DNA of 64,000 bases from an uncultured Marinoscillum sp. (lineage in GTDB: Bacteria; Bacteroidota; Bacteroidia; Cytophagales; MED-G16). This document shows, piece by piece, positions 9,717 through 20,185 of this stretch (positions are counted from its first letter, which is position 1; each line of letters starts with the position of its first letter). Below the pieces are notes generated by a model that saw nothing but the letters and a program-made list of their open reading frames with translations, made no database searches and was not told the origin of the DNA. The position numbers and the translations under genes were made by a program. The stretch covers positions 8,186 to 72,185 of the forward strand of contig CACPJB010000001.1 of NCBI GenBank assembly GCA_902634135.1, given 5' to 3'.

Positions 9717-11033
9717 ATGAAATTATCTCAACATATTAAAGAAAATCTGAATCTTTCTTTTCCTATTATGATTAGTCAACTTGGCCACATAACTGTTGGT
9801 GTTGTTGATAGTCTTATGATTGGTAATGTGTCAGTACCTCAGTTAGGAGCAGTATCTCTTTCAACTTCTATTTTTGGCTTTATTCTTTTGTTTTGTATTG
9901 GATTATCATATGGAATTACACCTATCATATCATCAAATAAATCTGATATAAGCTATGTTTCTAAGATTTTTTATAACGGATTGTATCTAAATTTAATTTT
10001 TACTATTCTTTTAGTTTTTATAACTATATATTCAAAATTTTTTCTGAATTATCTAGGTCAAGATGAAGAAGTTCTCTACCATACTTTTGGATATTTGGAC
10101 ATAATATGTATTTCTCTTATTCCCCTTATATTGTTTCAGACATTTAAACAATTCATAGAAGGACTGGGCTTTACTAAACCTGCAATGTATATTTCTATAT
10201 TTTCAAATATTATTAATTTAATATTAAATGCGGTTTTAATTTTTGGATTATTAGGTTTCCCTAGATTAGAAATTATAGGTGCTGCTTATGCAACTCTCAT
10301 TAGTAGAGTCTTAATGTTTATTTTGATATTAATTTATTGTTTAAAAAGTAAAAGATTTAAAGATTATATTTTTAGCTTAAACATTTCATTTAATTATAAT
10401 TCTTTTAGAGCAATTTTTGGAATAGGATTCACCTCAGGTTTGCAGTATATTTTTGAGGTAGGAGCATTTACTGTCGCTACAGTAATAATAGGATCTATTG
10501 GAGCAGTTCAGTTGGCATCTCATCAGATTGCATTAAACCTAGCTAGCATTTCATATATGGTTGCTTCAGGAATAGGATCTGCTTCAATGATATCTCTTGG
10601 TTATTATTATGGTGTTGGCGATAAATCTGAAATCAGAAAATCAGGTTATTCAAATTTTATTCTTGTATTAATTCTTATGAGTATATCAGCTTTTATATTT
10701 ATTGTTTTCAGAGATATACTTCCAACATTTTATGTTGATGATAGAGAAGTTATAATATTAGCATCATCTCTACTCATTCTTGCTGGATTATTTCAACTAT
10801 CTGATGGAGTTCAAGCAGTAGGTTTAGGAGTTTTAAGGGGTATTAGAGATACAAAAATACCTACACTAGTTACATTTATTTCATATTGGATGATTGCTAT
10901 TCCTCTCTCATATTATTTAGGAATAATTTCTGAATATGGTTTACTTGGTGTATGGATAGGTTTGAGTGTAGGATTAACCATTGCAGCAGTTTTCCATGTT
11001 CTTCGTTTTAACTATCTTACATCAGCTAAATAG
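9717..11033 (+). CDS. MATE family efflux transporter
   Basis: About 438 aa, 12-TM-like, with MATE-like N-terminus (LSFPIMISQLGH) and repeat structure. The track start TTG 9708 abuts the terminator T-run, so ATG 9717 is preferred. Confidence 0.85.
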   Translation: MKLSQHIKENLNLSFPIMISQLGHITVGVVDSLMIGNVSVPQLGAVSLSTSIFGFILLFCIGLSYGITPIISSNKSDISYVSKIFYNGLYLNLIFTILLVFITIYSKFFLNYLGQDEEVLYHTFGYLDIICISLIPLILFQTFKQFIEGLGFTKPAMYISIFSNIINLILNAVLIFGLLGFPRLEIIGAAYATLISRVLMFILILIYCLKSKRFKDYIFSLNISFNYNSFRAIFGIGFTSGLQYIFEVGAFTVATVIIGSIGAVQLASHQIALNLASISYMVASGIGSASMISLGYYYGVGDKSEIRKSGYSNFILVLILMSISAFIFIVFRDILPTFYVDDREVIILASSLLILAGLFQLSDGVQAVGLGVLRGIRDTKIPTLVTFISYWMIAIPLSYYLGIISEYGLLGVWIGLSVGLTIAAVFHVLRFNYLTSAK

Positions 11034-11035
11034 CT

Positions 11036-11761
11036 ATGAAAATATTTACTATACTTTATTCTTTTTACGGTCTTCTAGTTTTCTCATCTCTTTTCATTTT
11101 CTTTTCGATACCACTATTACTAGGAATTTGGTTTAAGCCTCTTAAAAGAATGGCCTATTGGGCACATCATAAAATAGCAAGAACTTTTTTTACTCTAATA
11201 TTTATCCCAATGAAAATTAGTTATGAGGAAGGTGTTGACTTGAAAAAGCAATATGTTATCATAGCAAACCACTTCTCATACATTGATATACCTGCCCTTG
11301 CTGCATTAAATTTACCTTTCAAATTTATCGGAAAAATGCAAGTCAATAATATTCCAGTTTTAGGATATATTTTTAAGAATTTGCACATAATGGTTGACAG
11401 AGATAGTAAGGAAAGTCGAAAACAAACTTATATCGATTGTTTTAGTTCATTAGATCAGGGTTATAGTATAGGGATTTTTCCAGAGGGAGGTATCAAAACA
11501 GAAAAAGTTCCTAAGATGGCTCCATTTAAAAACGGGGCATTTGCAATGGCTCTTGAAAAACAAGTGCCTATCCTCCCTGTATCTTTACTTGGTGCATATA
11601 AAATTATGAAGGGTTCTTTTTTTATAAATTGGAGTCCTTGTGAGATAATATGTCACAAACCAATATATACTGATGGTTATACTACAAAGGATATAGATGC
11701 ATTTAGGGAAAAATGCTATAACATTTTACAGTCTGAGCTAGATAAATCATATAACGAATAA
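11036..11761 (+). CDS. plsC: 1-acyl-sn-glycerol-3-phosphate acyltransferase
   Basis: 241 aa with the NHFSYIDIP (HX4D) and FPEGG motifs. Confidence 0.8.
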   Translation: MKIFTILYSFYGLLVFSSLFIFFSIPLLLGIWFKPLKRMAYWAHHKIARTFFTLIFIPMKISYEEGVDLKKQYVIIANHFSYIDIPALAALNLPFKFIGKMQVNNIPVLGYIFKNLHIMVDRDSKESRKQTYIDCFSSLDQGYSIGIFPEGGIKTEKVPKMAPFKNGAFAMALEKQVPILPVSLLGAYKIMKGSFFINWSPCEIICHKPIYTDGYTTKDIDAFREKCYNILQSELDKSYNE

Positions 11762-11809
11762 GAGATTATTTGATTATTTTATTCCCCTAAAAAAACTAAC
11801 TTTAAAGTA

Positions 11810-13318
11810 ATGAAATTAACGAAATTTAATTACGGAGAAGATACTTTAACTTATAGCTTAGCATTTGAAATTGCAGAAGGTAAAATTATCGCTGGTATAT
11901 CTGATTCGCAGAAGAAAACAATTTTACTTTCTAGAGAAAATGTAGAAAATGCTTTAGAATCCGGCCAAAAAATTTATGGTATTAATACTGGTTTTGGTGC
12001 TCTTTGCAGTACGATTATCTCCAAAGATGAGGTGAGTCAGCTTCAGAATAATTTAATAAAAAGCCATGCTGTAGGAGTAGGAGATGATATTCCCAAAATC
12101 ATTTCAAAACTGATGATGATTTTAAAAGTTCACTCTTTATGTATGGGCTATTCTGGAGTAAGAATTGAATTAATTGAGAGGATATTATGGAAAATAGATA
12201 ATAATATTATTCCGGTTGTACCTTCTAAAGGTTCTGTCGGAGCTTCGGGAGATCTAGCACCTCTAGCACATCTTTTCTTGCCATTGATAGGTGAAGGAGA
12301 AGTTATTTATAGAAATAAAAAGGTTAAGTCATCAGATATGCTTTCAATGGAGAAAAAAAACCCTATTGATGTAAAGGAAAAAGAAGGTCTCGCACTTCTT
12401 AACGGAACACAGTTTATCTCTGCATATACATGTTTTGCATTGACGAGATTTAGAAATTGTTTAGAAAATGCTGATATAATTGGAGCTATGTCAGTGGAAT
12501 CAACTCTTAGTTCAGTAGTGCCATTTAGTAAAGAAATATCTAAACTTCGACCATTTCAAGGTGCTCAACATGTTGCAAGTAAGGTAAGAGATCTTCTATC
12601 AAGTTCTGAAATTTTAGATTCTCATAAAGATTGTGATAAAGTTCAGGACCCGTATTCTATAAGATGTATTCCACAAGTTCATGGTGCTAGCTGGGATGCT
12701 TTTTATCATCTAGAAAGGATGGTAAATATTGAACTTAATTCAATAACAGATAATCCTATTGTGCTAAAGGATGGGAATATTGTAAGTGGAGGTAATTTTC
12801 ATGGACAGCCTCTTGCTATACCAATTGATTATAATATTATAGCTGCTTCTGAACTTGGAAATATTTCTGACAGAAGAGTTTATCTACTTCTTAAAGGAAA
12901 TGAGAAAGTACCAAAGCTTCTTGTTAAGAATATAGGAGTTAATTCAGGATTTATGATTTTACAGTATACTACCGCAGCATTAACAAGTGAGAATAAAAAT
13001 TTATGTTATCCTGCTAGTGCAGACTCTATCACAACTTCCCTAGGTCAAGAAGATCATGTTAGTATGGGTTCAATTGGAGCTGTAAAATTTCTTCAAGTCA
13101 TTAAAAATTTAGAAAAAATACTGAGTATTGAACTGATATGTTCATCTCAGGCATATGATTTTTTAAAACCGCTTTCGTCAGGAAAGAAAATAGAGGATTG
13201 TCACAAGTATATCCGTACGAAAATATCTCACTGTGATAATGATAAAGTTTTTATAGATGATATGAAAGAAGCAGAAATAATTATAAAGTCAAAAAAATTA
13301 ATTGAATTATCTTATTAG
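11810..13318 (+). CDS. hutH: Histidine ammonia-lyase
   Basis: 502 aa with [15 protein letters not shown] (ASG MIO-forming triad). Confidence 0.9.
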   Translation: MKLTKFNYGEDTLTYSLAFEIAEGKIIAGISDSQKKTILLSRENVENALESGQKIYGINTGFGALCSTIISKDEVSQLQNNLIKSHAVGVGDDIPKIISKLMMILKVHSLCMGYSGVRIELIERILWKIDNNIIPVVPSKGSVGASGDLAPLAHLFLPLIGEGEVIYRNKKVKSSDMLSMEKKNPIDVKEKEGLALLNGTQFISAYTCFALTRFRNCLENADIIGAMSVESTLSSVVPFSKEISKLRPFQGAQHVASKVRDLLSSSEILDSHKDCDKVQDPYSIRCIPQVHGASWDAFYHLERMVNIELNSITDNPIVLKDGNIVSGGNFHGQPLAIPIDYNIIAASELGNISDRRVYLLLKGNEKVPKLLVKNIGVNSGFMILQYTTAALTSENKNLCYPASADSITTSLGQEDHVSMGSIGAVKFLQVIKNLEKILSIELICSSQAYDFLKPLSSGKKIEDCHKYIRTKISHCDNDKVFIDDMKEAEIIIKSKKLIELSY

Positions 13319-13322
13319 AAAT

Positions 13323-14993
13323 ATGGATACTAAAAGTTTTATAGAAAAGTATGCTAATCATCCAAATTATAAGTCTCCTACAGGCAATACTTTACATGCA
13401 AAAAGCTGGCAAACTGAAGCACCTCTTAGAATGTTTTTAAATAACTTAGACGCAGAGGTTGCAGAGGATCCATCTAATTTAGTAGTCTACGGAGGATCGG
13501 GTCAAGCTGCTAGAAACAGACATTCCGTCGAAAAAATAATTGATGTTTTATTAAACCTAGAAGATGATGAAAGTTTATTGATCCAGTCTGGAAAACCAGT
13601 AGGAAAAGTAAGAACTCATAATCAGGCACCAAGGGTTTTAATTGCAAACTCTAATCTTGTTCCAGAGTGGGCAAATTGGGAGCATTTTGAGAAATTAAAA
13701 GAAGACGGATTGATGATGTATGGTCAGATGACTGCAGGTAGTTGGATTTATATTGGAACTCAAGGTATACTTCAGGGAACATATGAGACATTTGCTGCAT
13801 GTGCCAACAAACATTTTGGTGGATCTTTAAAAGGTAAATTACTAGTCTCAGGTGGATTAGGAGGTATGGGTGGAGCTCAGCCTCTTGCTGCTACGATGGC
13901 AGGCGCGACATTTCTAGGTGCAGATATCGATCCAAAGAGAATTGAAAAGAGACTCAACACAAGATATATTGATAAGATGACAGAATCATATGTTGAGGCT
14001 AGAGATTGGGCTCTTGATGCTAAGAAAATAGGAGAGAATATTTCTATCGGCTTAGTGAGTGATATAGGAGATATGCTTGAGAGGTTAATTGAAGATGAAA
14101 TTATACCTGAAATATTAACTGATCAAACATCAGCTCATGATCCAGTTTTCGGATACGTCCCTAATGGGATAAATTTAGAAAAGGCAGAAAAATTAAGATC
14201 TGAAGATCAAAAATTTTATAAAGAACTTTCTCTTAAAAGTATGGCAAGACATGTTTCTTTAATGTTAAGAATGCAGGAGATGGGATCTATAACTTTTGAC
14301 TACGGTAATAATTTGAGAGAATTTGCTAAACAAGGTGGTGAGGAAGATGCATTCAGTTTTAATGGATTTGTTCCTGATTATATCAGGCCTCTTTTCTGTG
14401 AGGGAAAAGGTCCATTCAGATGGGCAGCTCTTTCTGGAGATCCTGAAGATATTTATACAACTGATAAGGCATTAATAGAAGCTTTTCCAGAAAATAAAGA
14501 TATGATTAGTTGGCTTACGCAGGCTAGAGAAAAAATTCAGTTTCAAGGTCTTCCATGTAGAATTTGTTGGTTAGGTATGGGCGAGAGAGAAAAAGCAGGT
14601 CTAATTTTTAATGATTTAGTTAAGCAAGGAAAAGTTTCGGCTCCGATAGCAATTGGAAGAGATCATTTAGATTGTGGTTCTGTGGCCTCTCCAAATAGAG
14701 AAACCGAAGGTATGCTTGATGGTTCTGATGCGGTTTCAGATTGGCCACTTCTTAATTTGATGTCTAATACTGCTGGTGGAGCAACTTGGGTTTCTTTTCA
14801 TCATGGTGGAGGTGTAGGAATGGGCTATTCACAGCACGCAGGTATGGTTGTACTTGTAGATGGTACAGAGAGAGCGGAAAAATGTATAAAAAGAGTGTTA
14901 TATAATGATCCTGCAATGGGTGTATTTAGACATAATGACGCGGGATATGATATTGCCAAAAAGCATTCAAAAAAGTTTAATCTAGATATTTAG
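13323..14993 (+). CDS. hutU: Urocanate hydratase
   Basis: Urocanase sequence throughout ([31 protein letters not shown]). The track start TTG 13302 overlaps hutH, and ATG 13323 lies just after the hutH stop. Confidence 0.9.
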   Translation: MDTKSFIEKYANHPNYKSPTGNTLHAKSWQTEAPLRMFLNNLDAEVAEDPSNLVVYGGSGQAARNRHSVEKIIDVLLNLEDDESLLIQSGKPVGKVRTHNQAPRVLIANSNLVPEWANWEHFEKLKEDGLMMYGQMTAGSWIYIGTQGILQGTYETFAACANKHFGGSLKGKLLVSGGLGGMGGAQPLAATMAGATFLGADIDPKRIEKRLNTRYIDKMTESYVEARDWALDAKKIGENISIGLVSDIGDMLERLIEDEIIPEILTDQTSAHDPVFGYVPNGINLEKAEKLRSEDQKFYKELSLKSMARHVSLMLRMQEMGSITFDYGNNLREFAKQGGEEDAFSFNGFVPDYIRPLFCEGKGPFRWAALSGDPEDIYTTDKALIEAFPENKDMISWLTQAREKIQFQGLPCRICWLGMGEREKAGLIFNDLVKQGKVSAPIAIGRDHLDCGSVASPNRETEGMLDGSDAVSDWPLLNLMSNTAGGATWVSFHHGGGVGMGYSQHAGMVVLVDGTERAEKCIKRVLYNDPAMGVFRHNDAGYDIAKKHSKKFNLDI

Positions 14994-14995
14994 TA

Positions 14996-16213
14996 TTGAA
15001 AGAATTAATTGGCCCTTTTTCTCAAATAATTACAATGGCAAATCTGCCAGAAAGAGGTGCAATAAGTGATAATAGTCTAGAAATAATAGAAGATGGTGGC
15101 GTAGTAATTGAAAATGGTAAAATTATTGAAGTGGGTGATTTCTCATTATTAAGTAAAAATGATTTAGATATTAGAGAAATTAATTATCCATGTGTACTCC
15201 TTCCAGGATTTATTGATTCTCATACTCATGTTTGTTATTACGGAAATAGATCTGATGAGTATGCAAAAAGAAATTCAGGAATTTCATATCAACAAATCTT
15301 AGAAGAAGGAGGAGGGATTCACAATACAATGAATTCAACCTCAAACTCTACTGATGAACAATTAATAGATGACACACTAAATAGACTTAAAAGACATTTT
15401 CAGGAAGGAGTTTTAACTTGTGAAGTAAAAAGTGGGTATGCTCCTAACTTAGAAGATGAGATTAGAATGTTGAAAATCATAAATAAAATTGATAGGTCTA
15501 ATGAAATAGATCTAATCTCAACTTGTCTTGCAGCCCATGTAACTCCAAAAAAATATGAATCCTCAAAAAAATATTTAGATTCTATTCTTAACGATTTACT
15601 CCCTAAAATAAAAAAAGATAATTTATCTAATAGGGTAGATATTTTTATTGAAGAAAAAGCTTTTTCAGTAATAGAAGCATCTAACTTTTTGGAGAAGGTG
15701 AGAGATGATTTCTTTATTACTGCTCATACTAATCAATTTACTTCTGGCGGTTTAAAAGTTGGAGTTGATAACGGTGCAGTTAGTGTTGATCATCTCGAGG
15801 TAATAAATAATCAAGAGATAGATTACTTATCAAAATCAAATACTACAGGAGTGGTGTTGCCTGGGTGTAGCCTTGGTCTTGGAATCCCATTTGCTCCAGC
15901 CAGAAAACTTTTAGATAATAATTGTAAAGTTTCTATTGCATCAGATTGGAATCCTGGTTCTGCTCCTATGGGTGATTTATTGATGCAGGCTTCTCTTTTG
16001 GGATCTATAGAAAAATTATCTAATGCAGAGGTTCTTGCAGGGATTACTTGTAGATCAGCAAATGCTTTATCTTTAGAAGATAGAGGATCCCTTGAGAATG
16101 GAAAAATTGCAGATATGATTGGGTTTGAAACAAATGATTTTAGAGATATTCTTTATAATCAAGGTAAACTAAAGCCGTCTTTTATTTGTAAAAGAGGTAA
16201 AATCTATAATTAA
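14996..16213 (+). CDS. hutI: Imidazolonepropionase
   Basis: 405 aa amidohydrolase with an HTH metal motif (FIDSHTHV). Third gene of the hut cluster. TTG start. Confidence 0.85.
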   Translation: MKELIGPFSQIITMANLPERGAISDNSLEIIEDGGVVIENGKIIEVGDFSLLSKNDLDIREINYPCVLLPGFIDSHTHVCYYGNRSDEYAKRNSGISYQQILEEGGGIHNTMNSTSNSTDEQLIDDTLNRLKRHFQEGVLTCEVKSGYAPNLEDEIRMLKIINKIDRSNEIDLISTCLAAHVTPKKYESSKKYLDSILNDLLPKIKKDNLSNRVDIFIEEKAFSVIEASNFLEKVRDDFFITAHTNQFTSGGLKVGVDNGAVSVDHLEVINNQEIDYLSKSNTTGVVLPGCSLGLGIPFAPARKLLDNNCKVSIASDWNPGSAPMGDLLMQASLLGSIEKLSNAEVLAGITCRSANALSLEDRGSLENGKIADMIGFETNDFRDILYNQGKLKPSFICKRGKIYN

Positions 16214-16228
16214 TATTAATTTTAAATT

Positions 16229-17905
16229 GTGAATCAAATAATAGAGTGTGTACCTAATTTCTCTGAAGGAAGAAATCAAGAGATAATAAATGAAATATCT
16301 GAAGCTATTTCCAACACAAAAGGAGTGCACCTGCTTAATGTAGATCCTGGACAAGCAACCAATAGAACTGTAATGACATTTGTTGGTGATCCAGATTCAG
16401 TTATATCTGCTGCCTTTAATGCAATTAAGACTGCAAGTGAAAAAATTGACATGTCTAAGCACAGTGGAGAACATCCAAGGTTTGGTGCTATAGATGTGTG
16501 TCCATTAATTCCTGTTTCTAATATAACATTTGATGAGCTTATTCCTTATGCAGAGAAGTTAGCAAAAAAAGTTTCAGAAGAATTAAACATACCGATATAC
16601 TTGTATGAACATGCAGCAAGAGAAGATAAGAGAAGAAATTTAGCAAATGTTAGATCTGGTGAGTATGAGGGTTTAAATAAAAAAATTAATAGTAAAGAAT
16701 GGAAGCCAGATTTTGGAAATTCATTTAATAAAAAATCAGGCGCTACAGCTATTGGTGTTAGGGATTTTCTTATTGCTTATAATATAAACTTAAATACTAA
16801 ATCTACTAGATTGGCAAATGCTATTGCATTTGATGTAAGAGAGAAGGGAAGGATTAAAAGAAAAGGACATCCTGTTATAGGTGAAATTGTATATGATAAA
16901 GATGGAAACCCTGAAACTATTCCCGGTTCTTTAAAACATGTAAAAGCAATTGGTTGGTATATTGAAGAATTTGGTATTGCCCAGATATCAATGAACCTAA
17001 CTAATATCACTGAAACTCCTATTCATACTGTTTTTGAAGAAGTTGTTAAAAAAGCTAACGCAAGAGGTGCTAGTGTGACAGGCTCTGAATTAGTCGGTTT
17101 AATTCCGCTAAAATCTATGATTGATGCTGGAAAATATTTCCTAAAAAAACAAAATAGGTCTATTGGTATTCCTGAGGAAGATATAATAAAGATTGCTATC
17201 GAATCTCTAGGTCTTAATCAGGTGAAGGCTTTTGATCCAACTAAAAATATTATAGAATACTACCTAGATAAAATAACTAATAAAAATGGTAAGCTAATTG
17301 ATCTGTCTTCAAGAAGCTTTTCTGATGAAGTATCTCGTGAAACTCCAGCTCCAGGTGGTGGCTCTGTTTCATCTTATGTTGGTGCATTAGGTGCATCATT
17401 AGCAGGGATGGTTGCTAATTTATCTTGTAATACTAGGGGTTGGGAAAATAAAGTTGAAATTTTTAGCGAAAAGGCTCATGTCATTAATCAACTAAGAGAA
17501 AAGTTATTATCTCTTGTTGATGAAGATGCTCACTCATTTAATAGTATAATGGAAGCATATAAGTTGCCTAAAGATTCAGAGGAAAATAAACAAATTAGAT
17601 CTAAATCAATTAAAGATGCTACTTTGTATGCTGCCCAAATTCCTTTGAATATTATGATAGAATCATATAAATCCTATGAAATAATTGAGTTTTTAGCAAA
17701 TGAGGGAAATCAAAATTCATTGTCAGATTCAGGAGTTGCTTGTCTGTGTGTGCATACAGCTATACACGGAGCATATCTCAATGTTAGAATTAATTTGAAA
17801 GATGTAAGCGATGGAGAAGATATAATGAAAAAGGCATATAAAATTTTAAAAGATTCTCATTTGAAAAAAGAAAAAATAATGAAATTGGTAGAAGATAAAT
17901 TATAA
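16229..17905 (+). CDS. Bifunctional glutamate formimidoyltransferase / formimidoyltetrahydrofolate cyclodeaminase
   Basis: 558 aa. The N-terminus ECVPNFSEGR is typical of formiminotransferase. The C-terminal third carries the cyclodeaminase signature (TPAPGGGSVSSYVGALGASLAGMV). GTG start. Confidence 0.85.
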   Translation: MNQIIECVPNFSEGRNQEIINEISEAISNTKGVHLLNVDPGQATNRTVMTFVGDPDSVISAAFNAIKTASEKIDMSKHSGEHPRFGAIDVCPLIPVSNITFDELIPYAEKLAKKVSEELNIPIYLYEHAAREDKRRNLANVRSGEYEGLNKKINSKEWKPDFGNSFNKKSGATAIGVRDFLIAYNINLNTKSTRLANAIAFDVREKGRIKRKGHPVIGEIVYDKDGNPETIPGSLKHVKAIGWYIEEFGIAQISMNLTNITETPIHTVFEEVVKKANARGASVTGSELVGLIPLKSMIDAGKYFLKKQNRSIGIPEEDIIKIAIESLGLNQVKAFDPTKNIIEYYLDKITNKNGKLIDLSSRSFSDEVSRETPAPGGGSVSSYVGALGASLAGMVANLSCNTRGWENKVEIFSEKAHVINQLREKLLSLVDEDAHSFNSIMEAYKLPKDSEENKQIRSKSIKDATLYAAQIPLNIMIESYKSYEIIEFLANEGNQNSLSDSGVACLCVHTAIHGAYLNVRINLKDVSDGEDIMKKAYKILKDSHLKKEKIMKLVEDKL

Positions 17906-17932
17906 TTTCTACTTTTAAATAACTTTATAGTC

Positions 17933-19630
17933 ATGCAAGAATTTAATGAATTTTTAATTTTTATCGATCAGTATCTAGGTAGCTCATCTTGGTTTGTTCC
18001 TTTATTGCTTGGAACAGGAGTATTTTTTACTTTCTACCTAAGATTTCCACAAATAAGATATTTTGGATTTGCTTTAAAAGTAGTAAGAGGTAAATTTGAT
18101 AAAAAAGATGATCAAGGTGACACATCTCATTTCCAGGCTTTAACTACCGCTTTATCCGGTACAGTTGGTACAGGAAATATTGCTGGAGTTGCTTTTGCAA
18201 TACACCTCGGTGGACCTGCTGCATTATTCTGGATGTTAGCTACTGCAATGGTGGGTATGACAACAAAGTTTGTTGAGGTTACTTTATCTCACAAATACAG
18301 GGAAAAAATTTCTGACGGTTCTATGTCTGGAGGGCCAATGTATTTCATGAAAAATGCTGATTTTAGACTTTTTGGAAAAAAAATTAACTTGAAATGGGTT
18401 GGAATTCTATTTGCTTTCGCAACTGTTTTATCTTCTTTCGGTACAGGAAGTTTACCTCAGATAAATAGTATTTCAAATTCAATGTTTTCGTCATTTGGTA
18501 TTGATAAAATGCTGACAGGTGGAATATTAGCTGTTCTTTTAGGTATTGTTATAATTGGTGGGATTAAAAGAATTGCTAGAATTACAGAGAAACTAGTTCC
18601 ATTTATGGCTGTTGTTTATATTATTGGAGCTTTCTCTGTTATCATATTCAACTATCAAAATATTGTCCCTTCATTTATCTCAATTTTTTCTGAAGTTTTC
18701 TCAGGAAGTGCTGCGGTTGGAGGTTTTCTTGGTGCTTCAATTTCTTTTGCTATATCAAGAGGAGTAAATAGAGGTTTATATTCCAATGAAGCTGGACAGG
18801 GGTCTGCTCCTATAGCTCACGCCTCTGCAAAAACAAATGAGCCAGTATCTGAGGGACTTGTAGCAATACTAGAGCCATTTATTGATACAATAATTATTTG
18901 TACAATTACTGGTCTAGTTTTATTATCATCTGGAGTATGGAATGAAAAACATGAAAACACATTTGCACAGGCTGATCTTATTTTTCTAGATAAAGTATAT
19001 AGCGAGGATAATGAAAATGATGTTAATGATCTATTTAATTATTTAAATGGAAATAGTGATATTTCAATGTATAACGGTAGCTTATATGTAAATGATGGAA
19101 GGTGTTCTCAGGAAATATCTATTCTTCATGCCCGTTCTATAGCTGAAGATATTTTATTTTATGATTTAAATGAAGAAGTTTTCAATGGAACTCTAGATGT
19201 AGTTGATGGAAAAGTACAAAATGATGTAATCGTAAAAGGTAAATCTTTAGTGCATAGTGCACCATTAACTGCAATTGCTTTTGATAGAGGATTTTTTGGT
19301 AATTATGGAAATTATATTGTTAGTATAGGTCTTCTTTTATTTGCTTTTAGTACTGCTATATCGTGGTCATATTATGGAGATAGAGCAATGACTTTCTTGT
19401 TTGGTGCGGGTTCAGTTTTATATTATAGAATAATTTATGTAATCGGATTCTTTGTTGCATCATTTGCTGATACAACAGTTATTTGGAACGTCTCATTAAT
19501 TACTATCGCATTGATGACTGTTCCAAACTTAATTGGATTATTATGGCTAAGAAAAGAAGTGAAGTCAACGATTAGTAAGTATTGGGTAGACTTTAAGAAG
19601 GAATGGCCAAATGAAAAGACTCCAGAATAA
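17933..19630 (+). CDS. Sodium:alanine (AGCS) family amino-acid symporter
   Basis: 565 aa with [23 protein letters not shown] and [13 protein letters not shown] motifs. Contains an extra loop of about 100 aa. Confidence 0.85.
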   Translation: MQEFNEFLIFIDQYLGSSSWFVPLLLGTGVFFTFYLRFPQIRYFGFALKVVRGKFDKKDDQGDTSHFQALTTALSGTVGTGNIAGVAFAIHLGGPAALFWMLATAMVGMTTKFVEVTLSHKYREKISDGSMSGGPMYFMKNADFRLFGKKINLKWVGILFAFATVLSSFGTGSLPQINSISNSMFSSFGIDKMLTGGILAVLLGIVIIGGIKRIARITEKLVPFMAVVYIIGAFSVIIFNYQNIVPSFISIFSEVFSGSAAVGGFLGASISFAISRGVNRGLYSNEAGQGSAPIAHASAKTNEPVSEGLVAILEPFIDTIIICTITGLVLLSSGVWNEKHENTFAQADLIFLDKVYSEDNENDVNDLFNYLNGNSDISMYNGSLYVNDGRCSQEISILHARSIAEDILFYDLNEEVFNGTLDVVDGKVQNDVIVKGKSLVHSAPLTAIAFDRGFFGNYGNYIVSIGLLLFAFSTAISWSYYGDRAMTFLFGAGSVLYYRIIYVIGFFVASFADTTVIWNVSLITIALMTVPNLIGLLWLRKEVKSTISKYWVDFKKEWPNEKTPE

Positions 19631-19631
19631 T

Positions 19632-19916
19632 TTATTCTAGTTTCTTATCAATTTCATTAATCATATTTTCGATTTTTTTATATGCATCTTTATTTTCTGA
19701 AGTTTGGCCTATGTTGTCATCAAGTTCTACAGAAAGTTTAAATGCGATCATTGCAAGAATATCTTGTAAGTCATCAATATTCATTTGACTTTTTATTTCT
19801 GATATCCTCTTGTTTAGATCTTTACCAATTTTTCTAATTTTTTGTTCATCTTCAATAGGAACTTTCATAGGGTAAGACCTATTTCCAATTACTAATTTTA
19901 TTGAGAGATTTTCCAA
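19632..19916 (-). CDS. zapA: Cell division protein ZapA-like
   Basis: 94 aa with N-terminal IKLVIGNRSYPMKV followed by a coiled-coil tail, which is the ZapA-like pattern. Confidence 0.65.
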   Translation of the reverse strand: MENLSIKLVIGNRSYPMKVPIEDEQKIRKIGKDLNKRISEIKSQMNIDDLQDILAMIAFKLSVELDDNIGQTSENKDAYKKIENMINEIDKKLE

Positions 19917-19917
19917 T

Positions 19918-20184
19918 TTATTCTTTAAGGTTATTAATTATAGTATCTAATTCTTCTATTGTCGAGTCTATATCATCTTTTAATTTCGATTTTTCATCTG
20001 AAGAGAGAATCTCTAAGTTTGAATTATTAGCATTATTGAATTTATATAAGATTAAATCAATTTCTCTATTGGTTATTTCCTTCTTAAGATTTTCATTAAT
20101 TGCCTCAAGTTTTTTGTATTTTGATATTAGAATAGAAAACTTACTTTCTAGTTCAATAATTTTTTTATTTAAACTTTCTGGCAT
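19918..20184 (-). CDS. Small coiled-coil protein of unknown function
   Basis: 88 aa, heptad-rich and charged. It is wedged with 1-nt gaps between pheT and zapA on the same strand. Confidence 0.5.
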   Translation of the reverse strand: MPESLNKKIIELESKFSILISKYKKLEAINENLKKEITNREIDLILYKFNNANNSNLEILSSDEKSKLKDDIDSTIEELDTIINNLKE

Positions 20185-20185
20185 A

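Noticed and set aside
19630-19632. 6S RNA (ssrS) downstream of zapA, as in E. coli
   Set aside because: zapA ends 1 nt from the convergent symporter gene, so there is no space for an RNA gene.
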